From assembly GCA_016196885.1 (NCBI GenBank), contig JACPWU010000007.1, positions 1-31,427 on the forward strand: a stretch of 31,427 nt of DNA. The letters run 5' to 3'. Under the pieces are notes generated by a model. It saw nothing but the letters and a program-made list of their open reading frames with translations, was not told the origin of the DNA and made no database searches. This document shows positions 1-8,299 of the stretch, piece by piece; position 1 is the stretch's first letter; every line of letters starts with the position of its first letter. The stretch comes from Chlamydiota bacterium. GTDB taxonomy: Bacteria > Auribacterota > JACPWU01. Both the position numbers and the translations under genes were made by a program.

Positions 1-140
1 GGACAAAACCACAAGCCATCTACACGCTCTGACAACTGGCCTAAATGCGTAGGCGAGTATCTCTGAAGAGCCCGATGCGATAATTTCGCACGTCGGGATC
101 TGTGAGGGGGCGGCTGGGCAACTGGCCGTCCTACCTCGAT
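1..140 (+). mobile_element. Group II intron, 3'-terminal part only (domain V about nt 68-100, domain VI about nt 104-135); the window starts inside the intron
   Basis: nt 68-100 GAGCCCGAUGCGAUAAUUUCGCACGUCGGGAUC closely matches canonical domain V (GAGCCGUAUGCGAU..GUCGCACGUACGGUUC), including the AGC triad and AC bulge. nt 106-131 form a ~10-bp stem capped by a GCAA tetraloop. A133 is bulged 7 nt before ...GAU140, a typical branch-A to 3' splice-site geometry. Confidence 0.7.
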
Positions 141-550
141 TAAATTCTAAGATAAAGAAAGGGATCTCAATAGAGAAGCGATATGGACATCTTGAGCCCA
201 TTCAATGCCGGGCCGATCAAATCAATCAGGTGTTGATGAACGTTCTGGATAATGCGATTGATGCTGTTAGGGGTGAGGGAAAAATTGTGATTAAAACAGC
301 ATGGCATGATCCTGTTGTTGAAATTTGTATTCGAGATACGGGGTGTGGGATTCCACCCGAACTCATTTCTAAAATCTTCGATCCATTTTTTTCAACGAAG
401 GGGACGCACGGGACAGGACTGGGATTGGCTATCAGCTACGGAATTATGAAGGAACATGGCGGAGATATTATCGTAGAAAGCCATGTAGGCCTCGGAACTG
501 AATTTAAGATTATACTTCCGGATCAGAAGAATAATGAGAATAAGCCCTGA
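141..550 (+). CDS. Sensor histidine kinase, C-terminal HATPase_c portion only (putative 3' exon, or a truncated gene)
   Basis: Kinase-like sequence starts right after the intron end: ..KGISIEKRYGHLEPIQCRADQINQVLMNVLDNAIDAV (N box), RDTGCGIP (G1), FDPFFSTK (F), GTGLGLAISYGI (G2). There is no HisKA/H-box and no credible start. The frame is open back to nt 53 only by reading through intron RNA. Confidence 0.75.
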
Positions 551-571
551 CCAAACTCATAACTCCCCCAT

Positions 572-696
572 CCAGACTGTCTGAAAACGCTGTTTTTCCC
601 CTCCCTTGATGGGAGGGGTTAGGGGAGGGTGAGCTCAAATACTCCCCCTCCCTAACCCTCCCCACAAGGGGGAGGGAACTTTTCGGATAGTCTGGG
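572..696. repeat. GC-rich nested palindromic (REP/MITE-like) element
   Basis: An outer inverted repeat CCAGACTGTCTGAAAA (572-587) / TTTTCGGATAGTCTGG (681-696) encloses three hairpins built from CCCCTCCC/GGGAGGGG-type arms (about 597-677). Confidence 0.6.
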
Positions 697-855
697 GGAA
701 ACTCTCCACTCAAGATTTTCTAGCCCTTTAGGGTTAGTTCAAAGGGGAGATGGTCTCACCACCTGGCTGTTTAGGTGGTGGGATAGAGGGGTTATTTTTG
801 TCCATTTGGGCCCCGACGTGCATCGGGGTGGGTTATAAAATAAAGGAGAGACTCT

Positions 856-2019
856 ATGGGCTCTATCAACTACAAAAACTATCCCATTCTTTTGGTAGAT
901 GACGATATGAGCAGCATCGCGCCGATTAGACATAGGCTCGAAAAGGTTTTTCAAGTAGATGCTGCGACAAGTGGCAAGGAGGCGCTGGAAAAACTTAAAA
1001 TGAAAAACTATGCGGTTATTTTATCCGATCAAAAAATGGAACCCATGGACGGCATAGAACTTTTAAGTCGCTCGTCTAGAGAATATCCTGATACGGTCAG
1101 AATACTGATCACGGGATACCCCGATTATGCGGCCTCTGTAGACGCAACGAACAAGGCAAAAATCTATCAATATGTTTTTAAATCTCCCAACATTGCAACC
1201 GACATTGTCTATGTTGTTTTCCAAGCGGTTGATCATTATTGGGAACGAGAGGAGCGACTTCGCCTTCAAAAAATGCTCATGCGCGAAAATCGTCTTTCAG
1301 CGATAGGGCGTCTTTCACACGCCCTGGCTCATGAAATGAACAACCCCTTATCAGTCATCAGTAACTTCACTCAAATGCTCCCAGAAAAATACGACAACCC
1401 AGAATATAGAAAAGGCTTTTTTGAACACGTCCCTGAAAGTCTCAAGCGGATCCAGGCAATTGTAAGTCGCATGAGCAGTCTTACAGGCGAGGAAGAAAGA
1501 ATCGAAAAAAATCCTATCAACCTACATGACCTTATCAAAGAAGCCAGTGATTTATTTACGAAAGACCCTGAAGCGAAGAAAATAAAAATTCTAAAACGCT
1601 GCGAGAATACGAATCCTCATATCAAGGGCAATCCCAGTCAACTGATACAAGTTTTATTAAATTTATTTACCAACTCTGCCCAGGCGGTCAAAGAGGGAGA
1701 TAAAGGCAAAGTAGAGATTATGACAGAAAAAGATTCCATTATCTTAAAAGACAGAGAAGGGAAAGAGAGCCCATACATTCGTCTCATCGTTAAAGATAAC
1801 GGGCCTGGAATGGATGAGAAAATCTTGAAGAATATCTTTGACCCCTTGGTCAGTACCCACATCACGGGAAGCACGAACCGTCGGCCGGGCTTAGGCCTAT
1901 TTATCAGTCAGCTCATCATCGAAGGACATCATGGATATATTGACTTACAATCAAAAGTAGGGGAGGGGACGACCGTTGTGATCGAGCTTCCGATTTTTAT
2001 GGAATCCTCGCATCTTTAA
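856..2019 (+). CDS. Hybrid sensor histidine kinase with N-terminal receiver domain (REC-HisKA-HATPase_c)
   Basis: REC: ILLVDDD..., ILSDQKMEPMDG. H-box: RLSHALAHEMNNPLSVI. N box: LLNLFTNSAQAV. G boxes: DNGPGMD and GLGLFIS. AAGGAG-like RBS lies upstream of ATG 856. Confidence 0.9.
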   Translation: MGSINYKNYPILLVDDDMSSIAPIRHRLEKVFQVDAATSGKEALEKLKMKNYAVILSDQKMEPMDGIELLSRSSREYPDTVRILITGYPDYAASVDATNKAKIYQYVFKSPNIATDIVYVVFQAVDHYWEREERLRLQKMLMRENRLSAIGRLSHALAHEMNNPLSVISNFTQMLPEKYDNPEYRKGFFEHVPESLKRIQAIVSRMSSLTGEEERIEKNPINLHDLIKEASDLFTKDPEAKKIKILKRCENTNPHIKGNPSQLIQVLLNLFTNSAQAVKEGDKGKVEIMTEKDSIILKDREGKESPYIRLIVKDNGPGMDEKILKNIFDPLVSTHITGSTNRRPGLGLFISQLIIEGHHGYIDLQSKVGEGTTVVIELPIFMESSHL

Positions 2020-2311
2020 GATATTTTTCAATACAAGCAAGAACAATTTTTCTTGCTTCTCTAAGGGGCATCCAGCTTGCTTTATAGGGTGTTTGCCCAT
2101 ACTCTTCTTCCATGATAAATCCTTCCTCCTCGGAATCAATGCTCTCTGGCCGTATGTTGGGATCCTTGGTGACAACAAACTTCCAGGCGTTGTACCGAGC
2201 GCGAAAATAAAAAGGGTTTCCGTTGACAGTTCCGAAAAACTGAACAGGTGCTCCCCATGTAACAATCTCGTACTCAATCTTTTTATTTTTTAAGAATTTT
2301 ACATGTTTCAT
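1997..2311 (-). CDS. Hypothetical small protein (start chosen at internal MKHVKF...)
   Basis: Clean ORF convergent with, and overlapping, the kinase stop. GAGGA lies 11 nt before ATG 2311. I recognise no family (..WGAPVQFFGTVNGNPFYFRARYNAWKF..). Confidence 0.5.
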   Translation of the reverse strand: MKHVKFLKNKKIEYEIVTWGAPVQFFGTVNGNPFYFRARYNAWKFVVTKDPNIRPESIDSEEEGFIMEEEYGQTPYKASWMPLREARKIVLACIEKYLKDARIP

Positions 2312-2312
2312 T

Positions 2313-2423
2313 TCAAATAAAATCCTCACCCATCTCTTCGCAGATTGCTTTTCTGGGCTTCACAAACCAAACATCCAGCGTGTTTCCTTTTTCATCGTAG
2401 AATATTTAGGGAGCGTGTTTCAT
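2313..2423 (-). pseudogene. DUF2283-like remnant (frameshifted and truncated)
   Basis: Minus-strand ATG 2423 gives MKHAP-stop. Shifted by one frame it reads IFYDEKGNTLDVWFVKPRKAICEEMGEDFI-stop, which resembles the YDxExDxLxIxF..EE core of DUF2283 from recall. Confidence 0.3.
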
Positions 2424-2607
2424 AAATGTGATAACTCCCTTCTTTTTCTTCCGATCGTGGGTTTAAGCTTTACAATCGGAAGTGTCCGAACCCGATCTTC
2501 CAACCCCAACTCCTTGATCAATAAGGTTATATCCTGCGGTTATGCCTCTCTTTTTTTATACTCAGAAAAGAGGGAGGTTCATTGATTTATTGATTTTCAT
2601 CATTATT

Positions 2608-2868
2608 TTACAGATTTCTATAAACTTCTCTACGATGTCCAACATGGACAACAGTGACAGAGAGGACCTTATCGTCCACATGATAGACAATTCTATAATC
2701 TCCAAGCCTCACACGAAAGAGATGATTCCCTTCTAGTTTTTCACAACCATGGGGCCTTGGGACAGTGGATAACAAGTTAATTTTAGAGTCAATTTGATCC
2801 ATAAAATTTGGTGGAATAGATTTAAGATCTCTTCTTGCCCTCGGTGAGGTTGTAACAAGGTAGGTCAT
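2608..2868 (-). CDS. RelE/ParE-family type II toxin
   Basis: 86 aa with the LFRVRLGDYRIVYHVDD...VVHVGHRREVY signature. It sits 3 nt downstream of an antitoxin gene. Confidence 0.85.
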   Translation of the reverse strand: MTYLVTTSPRARRDLKSIPPNFMDQIDSKINLLSTVPRPHGCEKLEGNHLFRVRLGDYRIVYHVDDKVLSVTVVHVGHRREVYRNL

Positions 2869-2871
2869 CTG

Positions 2872-3132
2872 TTATTTAAGCCCAAGCTCTTTACGAACAC
2901 TCTTGTATGAAACGAATTGTTTGGATTTTTTTAACTCAGCTTTAGCAATCCTTAGATCTATTTCATTTTCCATTTGTCTGAGAACATCCAAATCAGACAT
3001 AGGAATAAATGCTGCAACGTTCTTGCCGCGCCTTTTTACAATAATTCTCTCGCCCTGATAGAAAACTTTATTGAGAGTGTCTGAAAAATGACCTCTCATC
3101 GTCCTCACGGATATGCTTGTCATACTCGCCAC
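2872..3132 (-). CDS. Phd/YefM-family type II antitoxin
   Basis: 86 aa: ISVRTMRGHFSDTLNKV..GERIIVKRRGKNVAAFIPMSDLD. Typical Phd/YefM N-terminus, located upstream of the RelE-like gene. Confidence 0.85.
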   Translation of the reverse strand: MASMTSISVRTMRGHFSDTLNKVFYQGERIIVKRRGKNVAAFIPMSDLDVLRQMENEIDLRIAKAELKKSKQFVSYKSVRKELGLK

Positions 3133-3138
3133 CTCTAT

Positions 3139-3155
3139 GTGTACACAGTGTACAC
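3139..3155. promoter_or_regulatory. Tandem palindromic operator candidate for the phd/relE-like operon
   Basis: GTGTACAC-A-GTGTACAC lies 7 nt upstream of the antitoxin start codon (minus-strand gene). Confidence 0.5.
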
Positions 3156-3423
3156 TAATAGAATCCCATTGTCAAATAAAATGAACGCTTTAAACATAAC
3201 TCCCTTCATTCCAAGGAGGTTAGGAGAGCTCAATGGCCCAAGAAAAAACGGGACATCCATTTTCTAGCATAATCATACCTTTAGCCCGGCGACTTTCACA
3301 CCCGTAAAAAAGCATCACATAAAGTCATCTCCTCAAAGAAGTCTATCCCATTCCCTATTTTGTTTAATTTCAATGATCTTTCGAGATCATCGTGAGTGAT
3401 GAAAGTTCTCTCCACCATGTTTT

Positions 3424-3475
3424 TTTGTAGTCGCCCGATTCATCGGGCAGCCCCATAAATGGGTCGACACCAAAA
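3424..3475. repeat. Degenerate copy of the GTAGTCGCCC...palindromic repeat family
   Basis: TTGTAGTCGCCCGATTCATCGGGCAGCCCCATAAATGGGTCGACACCAA. It shares the GCCCGAT(G/T)AATCGGGC and GCCCCATAAATGGGG hairpin modules with 18934-19011 and 30548-30632. Confidence 0.55.
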
Positions 3476-3507
3476 TGAGCCTCCTTTTCATAACAAGATC
3501 ACAAAAC

Positions 3508-4104
3508 TTAACGCGCTGAAAATTCTTTGTGATTTCTTACATTTTTGATTTCTAGCTTCCAGAAGCAAGCTTGAATGGATTTTTCTTTCCTGGGACTTGT
3601 CAAATACGGATTTTCCCAATCAAGGTCAAAGATTCTTCTCCAACTTTTTTCTATTTTCTTATGATAAATAAAGTGGGGCGGGGGTTTGACTGTATAAAAC
3701 GATAAGTTTTTCTTGGCAAGTTCAAGTTCAAAAGCTTCTCCGTCATCCTTGGAAGAGGGAAGATACCAATAGTTTAAAACATGATGCCATAGCTCAAAAT
3801 CTGACAAGAGGACAAGCTCGTCTGAAATTTCAAATTCAATGAGGACTCCCTGTTCACCTTTTTCCAGAAAACCTTTGAAACGTAGATCAGGCCTTTTCTT
3901 CTTTGAACTTTGCCATTGATACCAAGCCCATAAAGGCATTGAATTTCTAAAGGGAGCAGGCCCTATTCTCTTTTCCATTTGTCTACTCATCCACCGATAG
4001 GAAGGTAGAAAATGATTAAAGGAAGGGTTTGGATTTGCGTAGAGAACGCTTTTTTCCTTCAAATTTTTCCATTGAGTGGGAGATTGAATTGTCCAGAGGT
4101 GCAT
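3508..4104 (-). CDS. DUF3841-like protein
   Basis: 198 aa: MHLWTIQ..., PLWAWYQWQSSKKKRPDLR, VLLSDFELWHHVLN. Matches my recall of the DUF3841 signature. Confidence 0.65.
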   Translation of the reverse strand: MHLWTIQSPTQWKNLKEKSVLYANPNPSFNHFLPSYRWMSRQMEKRIGPAPFRNSMPLWAWYQWQSSKKKRPDLRFKGFLEKGEQGVLIEFEISDELVLLSDFELWHHVLNYWYLPSSKDDGEAFELELAKKNLSFYTVKPPPHFIYHKKIEKSWRRIFDLDWENPYLTSPRKEKSIQACFWKLEIKNVRNHKEFSAR

Positions 4105-4120
4105 AGAATCACAGGAAAAC

Positions 4121-4318
4121 TTATTGATCCAGCCACTCTTCCAAAGTTTCTAGGAGTTCTCTCCTGCAAATTTTTAAAGTAGGTCCTTTAGCCCAAAGTC
4201 CTGGGAAAGCAGGAATATGACCAAAGAAGATAGGGTTATCTTTTAAAAGTTTATAACGGGCTTTTGAGATTGCCGCTTTAACGTATTTTCTGAACAGGAA
4301 GTTTACAGAGACGGTTTT
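4121..4318 (-). pseudogene. HicB-like (UPF0150) antitoxin remnant with no canonical start and a truncated C-terminus
   Basis: The open frame reads ..VNFLFRKYVKAAISKARYKLLKDNPIFFGHIPAFPGLWAKGPTLKICRRELLETLEEWLDQ-stop. This resembles the HicB-family pattern A.YE.L.D...YYGEIPGF.GVWA...TLE.CR.EL.E.LE.W. It has no ATG/GTG/TTG in frame and overlaps ORF 4278-4460. Confidence 0.4.
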
Positions 4319-4460
4319 CTAAGCCCAGCTCTTTAGGGTGTTGGTTGCTTTCGCTTTTGAGCTGTTGAAGAAACTTTTTAGGGCCAAGTTGATAATACTC
4401 GCGGGCCATTGCTTCACGAATCTTATGCAACTCTTTATCGGGATTTAAATATCTCTTCAT
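4278..4460 (-). CDS. Hypothetical 60-aa protein immediately downstream of the GHKL ATPase gene
   Basis: The ORF starts 3 nt after the GHKL stop. I recognise no family, and its 3' end overlaps the HicB-like remnant. Confidence 0.35.
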   Translation of the reverse strand: MKRYLNPDKELHKIREAMAREYYQLGPKKFLQQLKSESNQHPKELGLENRLCKLPVQKIR

Positions 4461-4463
4461 TTG

Positions 4464-5936
4464 TTAAGCATCCTCACTCAGGGCATCTTTCAAGAGTCTG
4501 CTCTGTCGCTCGAAGGCTTCTCGAGGGGTAGGAGGTTGAGTCATTAGGGCAATTTCCTGAGCCAGGAGTCGCGTGATGTGTAAAGTAAATGTTTGAGGCC
4601 GATTTTCCTCTCTTTTATAAAGGGGGTGGTCGCGGTTGATGTAGATGATGGAATTTTCTGTGAAACATTCAGTCGTCTCGGATCCAAAATTGTCAATACA
4701 GCAGGAGACTCCAAGTTGCCCCAGCTTCACTTTTTTGACAATGGCCTGGGGACTCAGGGATTGAACGGTTGGTTTTTTCTCTTGCTTGGGATGATCCCTT
4801 GCTGAATTATCTGAGGGGTTCTCACCGACGAGTTCTTCTTTTAATTTTTTCTCCTTCTTTTTCGCAATAAGACCGCTCCCTCCAATGCCGCCTTCATCCG
4901 CCAGTGGAATAGGGCCAAAGGGTGAGATTTCAGGATGAACCGACAATGAATGTTTGATCCGTTCAAGGGCATCTTTGAGTACGCGGGAGGCCTTGCGACC
5001 CTGAGTGGTATCACTCAGGTGTGTCAGCATTTTCTTTACCTCTGCCATGACTTTATTCATAATCTCATAGAACATCTTATATTCTTCAGAGTCCAAGACG
5101 AACCCGGAGCGGTCACTGGTGACAGGAAGAAAGTCTGCATGAATCTCGCCCCGGAGTCGTGTCATGGCCCGCCCCCAGGTTTCCATGCCAAAGAGTTCTC
5201 GTTTGACAGTTACTTTCTTCACTTTAACGTCTATCCCCAAATTTAGGGTTGAGGCGGATGAGGCGGGGAGAAGGATCATCTCTCCGTGAATGATTCCGAA
5301 GGGGGTTCCCTCGAGGATGGGGATTTTCTTGCCCTGATATCTTCTGGGGAGAACTTGATAGCCATCCAAAAAAACATCAAAGTTAGGGTCCATCAAGGGA
5401 ACGCTCTCGATGAGACGCTGTTCTACTTTTATCTTGTCAAATTTCTTTGTCAGATGGGTTAATGTAAGGGTGGTGCCATTTCCTCTTTGGGGATCTGCTT
5501 TTAGAAGGGTCAGAGGGAGCTCCCAAGAATCCTGCGACGCCTGCCATGAATCTTTGTCGAAGGTGGCCCGTGCACGGAAATCTCCTTTTTGAGTTTCAAC
5601 TTCAAAAGTCTTTGCAGCCGTGAGGGCAGCAAATTTCCCGATTCCAAATTGTCCAATGCGATCACGGTTCAACCGTTCGGATTTGTTTTGAGCGAGTTTT
5701 TGTTGAGAGCCGATGTTGAAGTATTGTTTAAGACCTTCCAAATCCATTCCGGTTCCATTATCCTGGACAGTCATTGCATCCTCTAAGATGTTGATTCGGA
5801 CTTCTGTTGCATCGGCGTCATAGGCGTTGTTCACAAGCTCTCGGACAAGTTCAACGCTCTCTCCATAAAGCCGTTCGCCGATGGTTACAATGTGGGATTT
5901 ATCAACGGTTACCTTCAAACTGGTTGTCTCTGGCAT
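4464..5936 (-). CDS. Stand-alone GHKL/HSP90-like ATPase (HATPase_c_3-type ATP-binding protein)
   Basis: Bergerat-fold motifs: ELVNNAYDADATEV (N box), QDNGTGMD (G1), IGQFGIGKFAA (G2). They are followed by ~350 aa with no domain I recognise. Confidence 0.85.
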   Translation of the reverse strand: MPETTSLKVTVDKSHIVTIGERLYGESVELVRELVNNAYDADATEVRINILEDAMTVQDNGTGMDLEGLKQYFNIGSQQKLAQNKSERLNRDRIGQFGIGKFAALTAAKTFEVETQKGDFRARATFDKDSWQASQDSWELPLTLLKADPQRGNGTTLTLTHLTKKFDKIKVEQRLIESVPLMDPNFDVFLDGYQVLPRRYQGKKIPILEGTPFGIIHGEMILLPASSASTLNLGIDVKVKKVTVKRELFGMETWGRAMTRLRGEIHADFLPVTSDRSGFVLDSEEYKMFYEIMNKVMAEVKKMLTHLSDTTQGRKASRVLKDALERIKHSLSVHPEISPFGPIPLADEGGIGGSGLIAKKKEKKLKEELVGENPSDNSARDHPKQEKKPTVQSLSPQAIVKKVKLGQLGVSCCIDNFGSETTECFTENSIIYINRDHPLYKREENRPQTFTLHITRLLAQEIALMTQPPTPREAFERQSRLLKDALSEDA

Positions 5937-5992
5937 TCTTGCTTTTCCTCTTTTCGAGCACTATCATACCACAAGCTCTTTTACGGGTGAAG

Positions 5993-6601
5993 CTAAGGTG
6001 GGGTCGGTCGAATGAATTCTAAGAGCATCGAGTAGTCTTCTTTATCCGCTTTTTGTAATGCGGTGATGTAGAAATTCCGGACGTCTTTTTCGGTGTTTAA
6101 ATTGTTGATGTTCCAAGTGAATGGTTTTTGCTTTAATATCCTTTCCAATAAGAGATCTGTCATCAATCTTGCGTGACGACCATTACCGTTCACAAAGAGG
6201 TGAATTGCAACCAAGCGATGATGAAATCGTACTGCAATCTCGTCGGGGGGATAAGTCTTCCCTTCTATCCAATATCGAACGTCGTTCAGTAAGTTGTGTA
6301 GATGAAAAGGAAACTGGGTCCAATTGACTCCAATGTTTTTGCCAGAACGGCGATAATTTCCAGCCCACCGCCATACTTTCCCAAACATTTTCTTATGAAG
6401 TGTCTTGATGAACTTTTCGGTTAAAATCTCATCATTTCTTCGGCAATTGGCTAACCATTGGAGCGCATCATTGATGTTATCTTGTTCAAAACGGTTGAGC
6501 TCTTCTCTTGTGGTGATAGGGTGGATCTTTAATCCTTCTATTTCGTCTGGCTCGAGCGGCGTTGCACCAGGTGGATCAAGATCATCATTCATGGGGGTCA
6601 T
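5993..6601 (-). CDS. Fic-family protein, 'mobile mystery protein B' type
   Basis: Fic motif HLFVNGNGRHARL. The 202-aa size and a 17-nt overlap with an upstream HTH gene match the TIGRFAM mobile mystery protein A/B pair (from recall). Confidence 0.85.
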   Translation of the reverse strand: MTPMNDDLDPPGATPLEPDEIEGLKIHPITTREELNRFEQDNINDALQWLANCRRNDEILTEKFIKTLHKKMFGKVWRWAGNYRRSGKNIGVNWTQFPFHLHNLLNDVRYWIEGKTYPPDEIAVRFHHRLVAIHLFVNGNGRHARLMTDLLLERILKQKPFTWNINNLNTEKDVRNFYITALQKADKEDYSMLLEFIRPTPP

Positions 6602-7058
6602 TCCAGAAATCCTTCGGTGGGGCGATCATTATTTTTTCAATCATGGTTTCAAGAGCTTTTTTTTGTTCTTCATCAGGAAGTCCTTGTTTTTCGAGGCCCA
6701 TCGTTGTGCTGAGTTTTTGAAGCCTTTTGAGGGCAATCACCCTTGCTTGTGTTCGCACCTCTTTCTCGAGTGTCTGCCGGGGAACAAAGCCGTAAACGAA
6801 CTTCATTCCAAGGGCCTTGGCTATTTTTTTTAAAGAAGAAAGTTTCAAATTGCCGCAGGTTTCAGCCTTTTCCAATCGAGAAATCCTAGATTGGTCCAAG
6901 CCGGCCCTTTTCCCCAGTTGAGAGCTCGACATTCCCAAGGCTTCTCGAATGGTTCTCATCCAGCCTTGAGGAGGAGGTTCTAAAGACGCAAAATTCTTTA
7001 AAAGTGTGAGTTTTTTGTCTAGGTGCTCACGAGCAACTTTTCTATTCCAAGAGTCCAT
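6585..7058 (-). CDS. XRE-type HTH protein, 'mobile mystery protein A' type
   Basis: GWMRTIREALGMSSSQLGKRAGLDQSRISRLEKAE is an HTH_XRE pattern. The gene lies upstream of, and overlaps, the Fic gene. Confidence 0.8.
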   Translation of the reverse strand: MDSWNRKVAREHLDKKLTLLKNFASLEPPPQGWMRTIREALGMSSSQLGKRAGLDQSRISRLEKAETCGNLKLSSLKKIAKALGMKFVYGFVPRQTLEKEVRTQARVIALKRLQKLSTTMGLEKQGLPDEEQKKALETMIEKIMIAPPKDFWNDPHE

Positions 7059-7310
7059 ATTTATACTCTTTCTATCATACTAATATAGTATTTTAATTCA
7101 CTATATAGCATAATTATTTTATTGTCAATGCTGTTTAAAGCATATTAATGTCGTGCAATAGAATCAAGGTGATAAAGTGTGTGAATAACGGATTTAGAAG
7201 AGGATTGCTTATTCGTCCCTCTTAAGGATTATGGATATTGGAGAAGTTTCATTAGGAAACGCACCCACGCTGAAATTTTTATTTTTAATAAGGAGATTGG
7301 CCCTTAGGAC

Positions 7311-7466
7311 TCACCATTTCTTCAAGGGTGTCGCCGGGGACATGATAAACATTGAGCAATCGAGCGCTGCGTGTGCTTGCCATTTTATTTGAATCTCGGA
7401 GTTCTTGGCGACCTCTTTTTTATCTGGACAGAGCAGGTCAGCTCGTAAGACATTAAACATTCCCAT
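7311..7466 (-). CDS. Hypothetical small protein (possibly frameshifted)
   Basis: AAGGAG lies 7 nt before ATG 7466 (MGMFNVLRADLLCPDKK..EIQIKW..). An alternative frame after IQIKW also stays open, so the 3' part is uncertain. Confidence 0.3.
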   Translation of the reverse strand: MGMFNVLRADLLCPDKKEVAKNSEIQIKWQAHAALDCSMFIMSPATPLKKW

Positions 7467-7595
7467 GGTATTTCTCCTTAAACCAATTTTTAATATATGA
7501 TAAATTTTATTCATGTGACCATCGAATTTTGTCTTAATTTAAAAAATAGACAAACGTATTCTATTGTAATACACTTAAATGAGAGTGGGGGATGC

Positions 7596-7865
7596 GTGAA
7601 AAACACCGAGATTGAATGGAGTGAAGAGAGCATTGAGCATATTGCTCGTCATGGGGTCTTACCAGAAGAAGTTGAGGAAGTTTGCCGCTCTTCCTTTCAG
7701 TGTAAGGAAAGGGGAAGAGGAGGCTTTTATTACGTAACAGGGCAAACGCATGCTGGCCGGTACCTTTTTATTGTTGTCCGATATCTGGGTCATAGGAAAG
7801 TTAAGGTCATTACGGCCAGAGACATGGACGAAAAAGAAAAATATAGATATAAAAAAAGAAAGTGA
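7596..7865 (+). CDS. brnT: BrnT-family (DUF497) type II toxin
   Basis: GTG 7596 follows a GGGGGA RBS. EIEWSEESIEHIARHGVLPEEVEEV...GRYLFIVV...VKVITARDMDEKEKYRY fits the BrnT pattern. Confidence 0.8.
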   Translation: MKNTEIEWSEESIEHIARHGVLPEEVEEVCRSSFQCKERGRGGFYYVTGQTHAGRYLFIVVRYLGHRKVKVITARDMDEKEKYRYKKRK

Positions 7866-7873
7866 GATGACTT

Positions 7874-8149
7874 ATGGCTAAAATACCGAAGTTTAAATCA
7901 GACAAAGAAGCCGCTGAGTTTTGGGATACACACAGTCTTGCAGACTATGAAGAAGATTTAAGACCTGCCAATGATATCGTGTTTGTGAAACCGAAACGGC
8001 AGGTTGTAACCCTGAGATTGGATAAAAAAATTGTGAATTCGTTAAAGGCTTTGGGAACAAAAAAAGGGATCGGATACTCGGCTATATTGAGGATGTGGAT
8101 TTTAGAAAAGTTTAATCAAGAAATGCATTTGCATGCGAAGAGGCGCTGA
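7874..8149 (+). CDS. brnA: BrnA/CopG-like antitoxin
   Basis: FKSDKEAAEFWDTHSLADY...VTLRLDKKIVNSLKALGTKKGIGYSAILRMWILEK. Typical BrnA, 8 nt downstream of brnT. Confidence 0.8.
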   Translation: MAKIPKFKSDKEAAEFWDTHSLADYEEDLRPANDIVFVKPKRQVVTLRLDKKIVNSLKALGTKKGIGYSAILRMWILEKFNQEMHLHAKRR

Positions 8150-8265
8150 TTTTTAGATTGTAACCTACTTTGGTGCAATACGAAACAGAAAATAGAGAGT
8201 AATTATAGGTGATGTCCGTTAATTTATTAGAACCTTAATAAATACAAGATTTTCGAAACTTTTAT

Positions 8266-8293
8266 TTGACAATTTCTAACAATTTCTGATATT
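8266..8293 (+). promoter_or_regulatory. Sigma70-type promoter, copy A (TTGACA-16 nt-GATATT)
   Basis: TTGACA at 8266-8271 and GATATT at 8288-8293. The whole promoter, spacer included, aligns without gaps to 19201-19230. Confidence 0.6.
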
Positions 8294-8299
8294 GCTATA

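Noticed and set aside
53-229. An open reading frame runs through nt 53-229 (..EEPDAIISHVGICEGGGWATGRPTS..) and could be taken as the N-terminal extension of the kinase ORF.
   Set aside because: This stretch is group II intron domain V/VI RNA, so the openness is coincidental. Kinase-like residues only begin after nt ~141.
510-954. Minus-strand ORFs 510-713 and 739-954.
   Set aside because: They give low-complexity P/G/S-rich translations of GC-rich palindromes and overlap real genes. There is no RBS or family resemblance.
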